32,000 bases of DNA from Pseudodesulfovibrio mercurii. Lineage in GTDB: Bacteria; Desulfobacterota; Desulfovibrionia; Desulfovibrionales; Desulfovibrionaceae. The notes under the pieces were generated by a model. The model was not told where the DNA came from. It saw nothing but the letters and a program-made list of their open reading frames with translations, and ran no database searches. This document shows positions 29,496 to 32,000 of this stretch, one piece after another. The position numbers and the translations under genes are program-made. The stretch covers positions 3,420,001-3,452,000 of the forward strand of contig NC_016803.1 in assembly GCF_000189295.2 (NCBI RefSeq). Direction: 5' to 3'. Numbering within the stretch: position 1 is the stretch's first letter; each line of letters begins with the position of its first letter.

Positions 29496-32000
29496 CTAGT
29501 CCGTGGAGGGGTGGCTCCCGGCCCGGCCGAAGAGGCGGTTCAACCGCTGCTGGGCCGCGTCCAGGTACATGTAGTAGACCGGGGTGAAGTACAGGGTCAG
29601 GAGCTGGGAGACCAGCAGGCCGCCGACCACGGCCAGTCCCAGCGGACGCCGGGCCTCGGCCCCCGCGCCCAGGCCGAGCGCGATGGGCAGGGTGCCCATG
29701 AGCGCGGCCATGGTGGTCATCATGATCGGCCGGAAGCGGATGAGCGCGCCCTCGCGGATGGCCTCGGCCGCGCCATGGCCGTGCCCGCGCTGGGCCTCCA
29801 CCGCGAAGTCGATCATCATGATGGCGTTCTTCTTGACGATGCCGATGAGCATGATGATGCCCACGAACCCGTAGATGTTCAGGTCCTGGCCGAAGACCAT
29901 GAGGGTCAGGAGCGCGCCCACGCCCGCCGACGGCAGGCCGGACAGGATGGTCAGCGGGTGGACGAAGGACTCGTAGAGCACGCCCAGCACCATGTAGATG
30001 ACCAGGATGGCCATGACCAGCAGGACCCACAGGCCGCGCATGGAGTCCTGGAAGGCCTGGGCCTCGCCCTGGAAGCTGGTGGAGACCGAGGCCGGGACCA
30101 CCTCGGCGGCCAGCTTCGAGACCGCGTCCACGGCCGAGCCCAGGGACTCTCCCGGCGGCAGGTTGAAGGAGATGGTCGCGGACGGCAGCTGGCCCGAGTG
30201 GTTGACGGACAGCGGGCCCACGCCCAGGCCCCACTTGGCCAGGGTTTCGAGGCGCACGAGCTTGCCGTTGGCGGAGCGCACCGAGAGCATGGCCAGGGCG
30301 TCCGGGTTGGACTGGTACTGCGGGCCCAGCTCCATGATGACGTCGTAGGTGTCGGTGGGCGCGTAGATGGACGAGACCTTGCGGTTGCCGAAGGAGGTCG
30401 AGAGGGCGTCCTCGATCTGGTAGGCCGAGATGCCGAGCGCCGAGGCCTTGTCGCGGTCGATGTCGATGGCCAGCTCGGGGTTGTCGAACTCCATGTCCGA
30501 GGACACGTCCTGGATGCCGGGCAGCTCCTGCATGCGCTTTTCCATGTCCGCTGCGGCCTGGAACAGGACCTCGGTGTCGGGGCTCTGCAGGGTGTACTGG
30601 TACTGGCCCTTGGAACTGCGCCCGCCGATGCGGATGGCCGGGGGATTGGACACGAAGGCCCGGATGCCCGGCACCTGCGAGAGCTTGGCCCGCAGCCGCT
30701 GCTGGACCCCCTCGATGGGGCCGCGTTCGCTGCGCGGCTTGAGATCGACCATGAGGCGGCCGGAGTTGCCGCCCCGGTTGGGGCCGCCCCCGCCGACCAC
30801 GGACATGTAGTTCTGCACGGCCGGGTCGTTGGCCACGATCCGCATGAGCTGCTGCTGGCGCTCCTTCATGATGTCGAAGGCCACGCCCTGTTCGGCCTCG
30901 GTGGAGACCATCAGGCGGCCCGCATCCTCGGTGGGCAGGAAGCCCTTGGGGATGGCCCGGAACAGGACCACGGTAAGAATCAGGACCAGGATGGAGGCGA
31001 GCATGGTCAGCCGGTGGTGGCGCAGGGTCCAGTCCAGGGTGCGGGCGTAGAACCGGCGCAGCCCCTCGAAGCCCCGCTCGAACAGGTTGAACAGTTTGCC
31101 GTGATGCGTCTCCCCGTTGTGCGGCTTGATGATCAGGCTGCACAGCATGGGGGTCAGGGTCAGGGAGACCAGCCCGGAGATGAGGATGGAGGCGCAGATG
31201 GTCACGGCGAACTCGTGGAACAGGCGGCCCACGATGCCGCCCATGAAGAGCACGGGCAGGAACACGGCGGCCAGGGAGATGGTCATGGACACGATGGTGA
31301 AGGCGATCTCCTTCGAACCGTCCATGACCGCCTCCAGGGTGGACTTGCCCATCTCCCCGTGGCGGACGATGTTTTCGAGCATGACGATGGCGTCGTCCAC
31401 CACGAAGCCCACGGACAGGGTCAGGGCCATGAGCGATATGTTGTTCAGGCTGAACCCGTAGAGGTACATGACCGAGAAGGTGCCGATGACCGACATGGGC
31501 AGGGCCAGGCTCGGGATGATGGTGGCCGACAGTCTGCGCAGGAAGAGAAAGATGACCAGGATGACCAGGCCCACGGTGAGCAGCAGGGTGAACTGCACGT
31601 CCCCGATGGACTCCTTGATGGACTCGGAGCGGTCGTAGAGCACGTTCAGGTTGATGGCGGCGGGCAACTGGGACTGGAAGGAGGGCAGCAGGGCGCGCAC
31701 GGCCTTGACCACCTCCACGGTGTTGGTGCCGGGCTGGCGCTGGATGGCCAGGACCATGCCGGGCTGGCCGTTGTACCAGTTGCGCCGTCTGGTCTGCTCC
31801 ACGGAGTCGAACACGTCGGCCACGTCGGACAGGCGCACGGGCGCGCCCTTGCGCCAGGCCACCACCAGGGGCTTGTAGTCCTCGGCGTTCATGAGCTTGC
31901 CGCTGGAGCGGACGATGTACTCGCGCACGGGGCCGGCCACGGTGCCCACGGGCAGGTTGACGTTGCCCTTGCGCACGGCCTCGGCCACCTCGTCCACGCC
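29496..32000 (-). CDS. RND efflux transporter permease, C-terminal ~833 aa (5' end outside the window)
   Basis: The ORF is open to the window edge. The sequence is AcrB-like (VGFVVDDAIVMLENIVRH, GIVKKNAIMMIDFAVEAQR). Stop TAG is at 29498-29496. Confidence 0.92.
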   Translation of the reverse strand, partial: GVDEVAEAVRKGNVNLPVGTVAGPVREYIVRSSGKLMNAEDYKPLVVAWRKGAPVRLSDVADVFDSVEQTRRRNWYNGQPGMVLAIQRQPGTNTVEVVKAVRALLPSFQSQLPAAINLNVLYDRSESIKESIGDVQFTLLLTVGLVILVIFLFLRRLSATIIPSLALPMSVIGTFSVMYLYGFSLNNISLMALTLSVGFVVDDAIVMLENIVRHGEMGKSTLEAVMDGSKEIAFTIVSMTISLAAVFLPVLFMGGIVGRLFHEFAVTICASILISGLVSLTLTPMLCSLIIKPHNGETHHGKLFNLFERGFEGLRRFYARTLDWTLRHHRLTMLASILVLILTVVLFRAIPKGFLPTEDAGRLMVSTEAEQGVAFDIMKERQQQLMRIVANDPAVQNYMSVVGGGGPNRGGNSGRLMVDLKPRSERGPIEGVQQRLRAKLSQVPGIRAFVSNPPAIRIGGRSSKGQYQYTLQSPDTEVLFQAAADMEKRMQELPGIQDVSSDMEFDNPELAIDIDRDKASALGISAYQIEDALSTSFGNRKVSSIYAPTDTYDVIMELGPQYQSNPDALAMLSVRSANGKLVRLETLAKWGLGVGPLSVNHSGQLPSATISFNLPPGESLGSAVDAVSKLAAEVVPASVSTSFQGEAQAFQDSMRGLWVLLVMAILVIYMVLGVLYESFVHPLTILSGLPSAGVGALLTLMVFGQDLNIYGFVGIIMLIGIVKKNAIMMIDFAVEAQRGHGHGAAEAIREGALIRFRPIMMTTMAALMGTLPIALGLGAGAEARRPLGLAVVGGLLVSQLLTLYFTPVYYMYLDAAQQRLNRLFGRAGSHPSTD

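Overview
The window is visibly GC-rich (not computed) with tightly packed genes. Its style resembles a Desulfovibrio-type sulfate reducer, but that is a guess from composition and gene content only. Almost everything from about 2.8 kb to the end is on the minus strand.

Gene order from left to right:
- The 3' end of a TonB-dependent receptor, a YfiR/DUF4154 periplasmic protein and a HAMP histidine kinase (+ strand).
- A tetR-MFP-RND efflux operon (- strand).
- potABCD polyamine uptake genes, preceded by an acyltransferase-3 gene.
- A five-gene cluster behind a well-formed sigma-54 promoter: three mutually similar small proteins (one cytoplasmic, one secreted, one hyper-acidic), a GNAT acetyltransferase and a SET-domain methyltransferase.
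- The adjacent sigma-54 enhancer-binding protein, which has a degenerate receiver domain.
- A 418-nt structured spacer containing a 29-bp perfect hairpin and a seven-run G-tract.
- An alpha-glucan operon: debranching enzyme, GT4/5-like synthase, GH57, and a 1412-aa fusion of a eukaryote-type GT3 glycogen synthase to a GT35 alpha-glucan phosphorylase.
- A hybrid histidine kinase fused to a periplasmic solute-binding domain.
- The 3' part of a second RND pump.

I saw no CRISPR array, tRNA/rRNA, transposase or classical defence genes. The best candidate for an undescribed system is the sigma-54-driven small-protein/GNAT/acidic-protein/SET cluster (12.9-15.2 kb). The GT3-GT35 fusion is the second most notable item. 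All family calls come from reading motifs in the supplied translations; no database search was possible. The many long alternative-frame ORFs are treated as GC-rich shadow ORFs.
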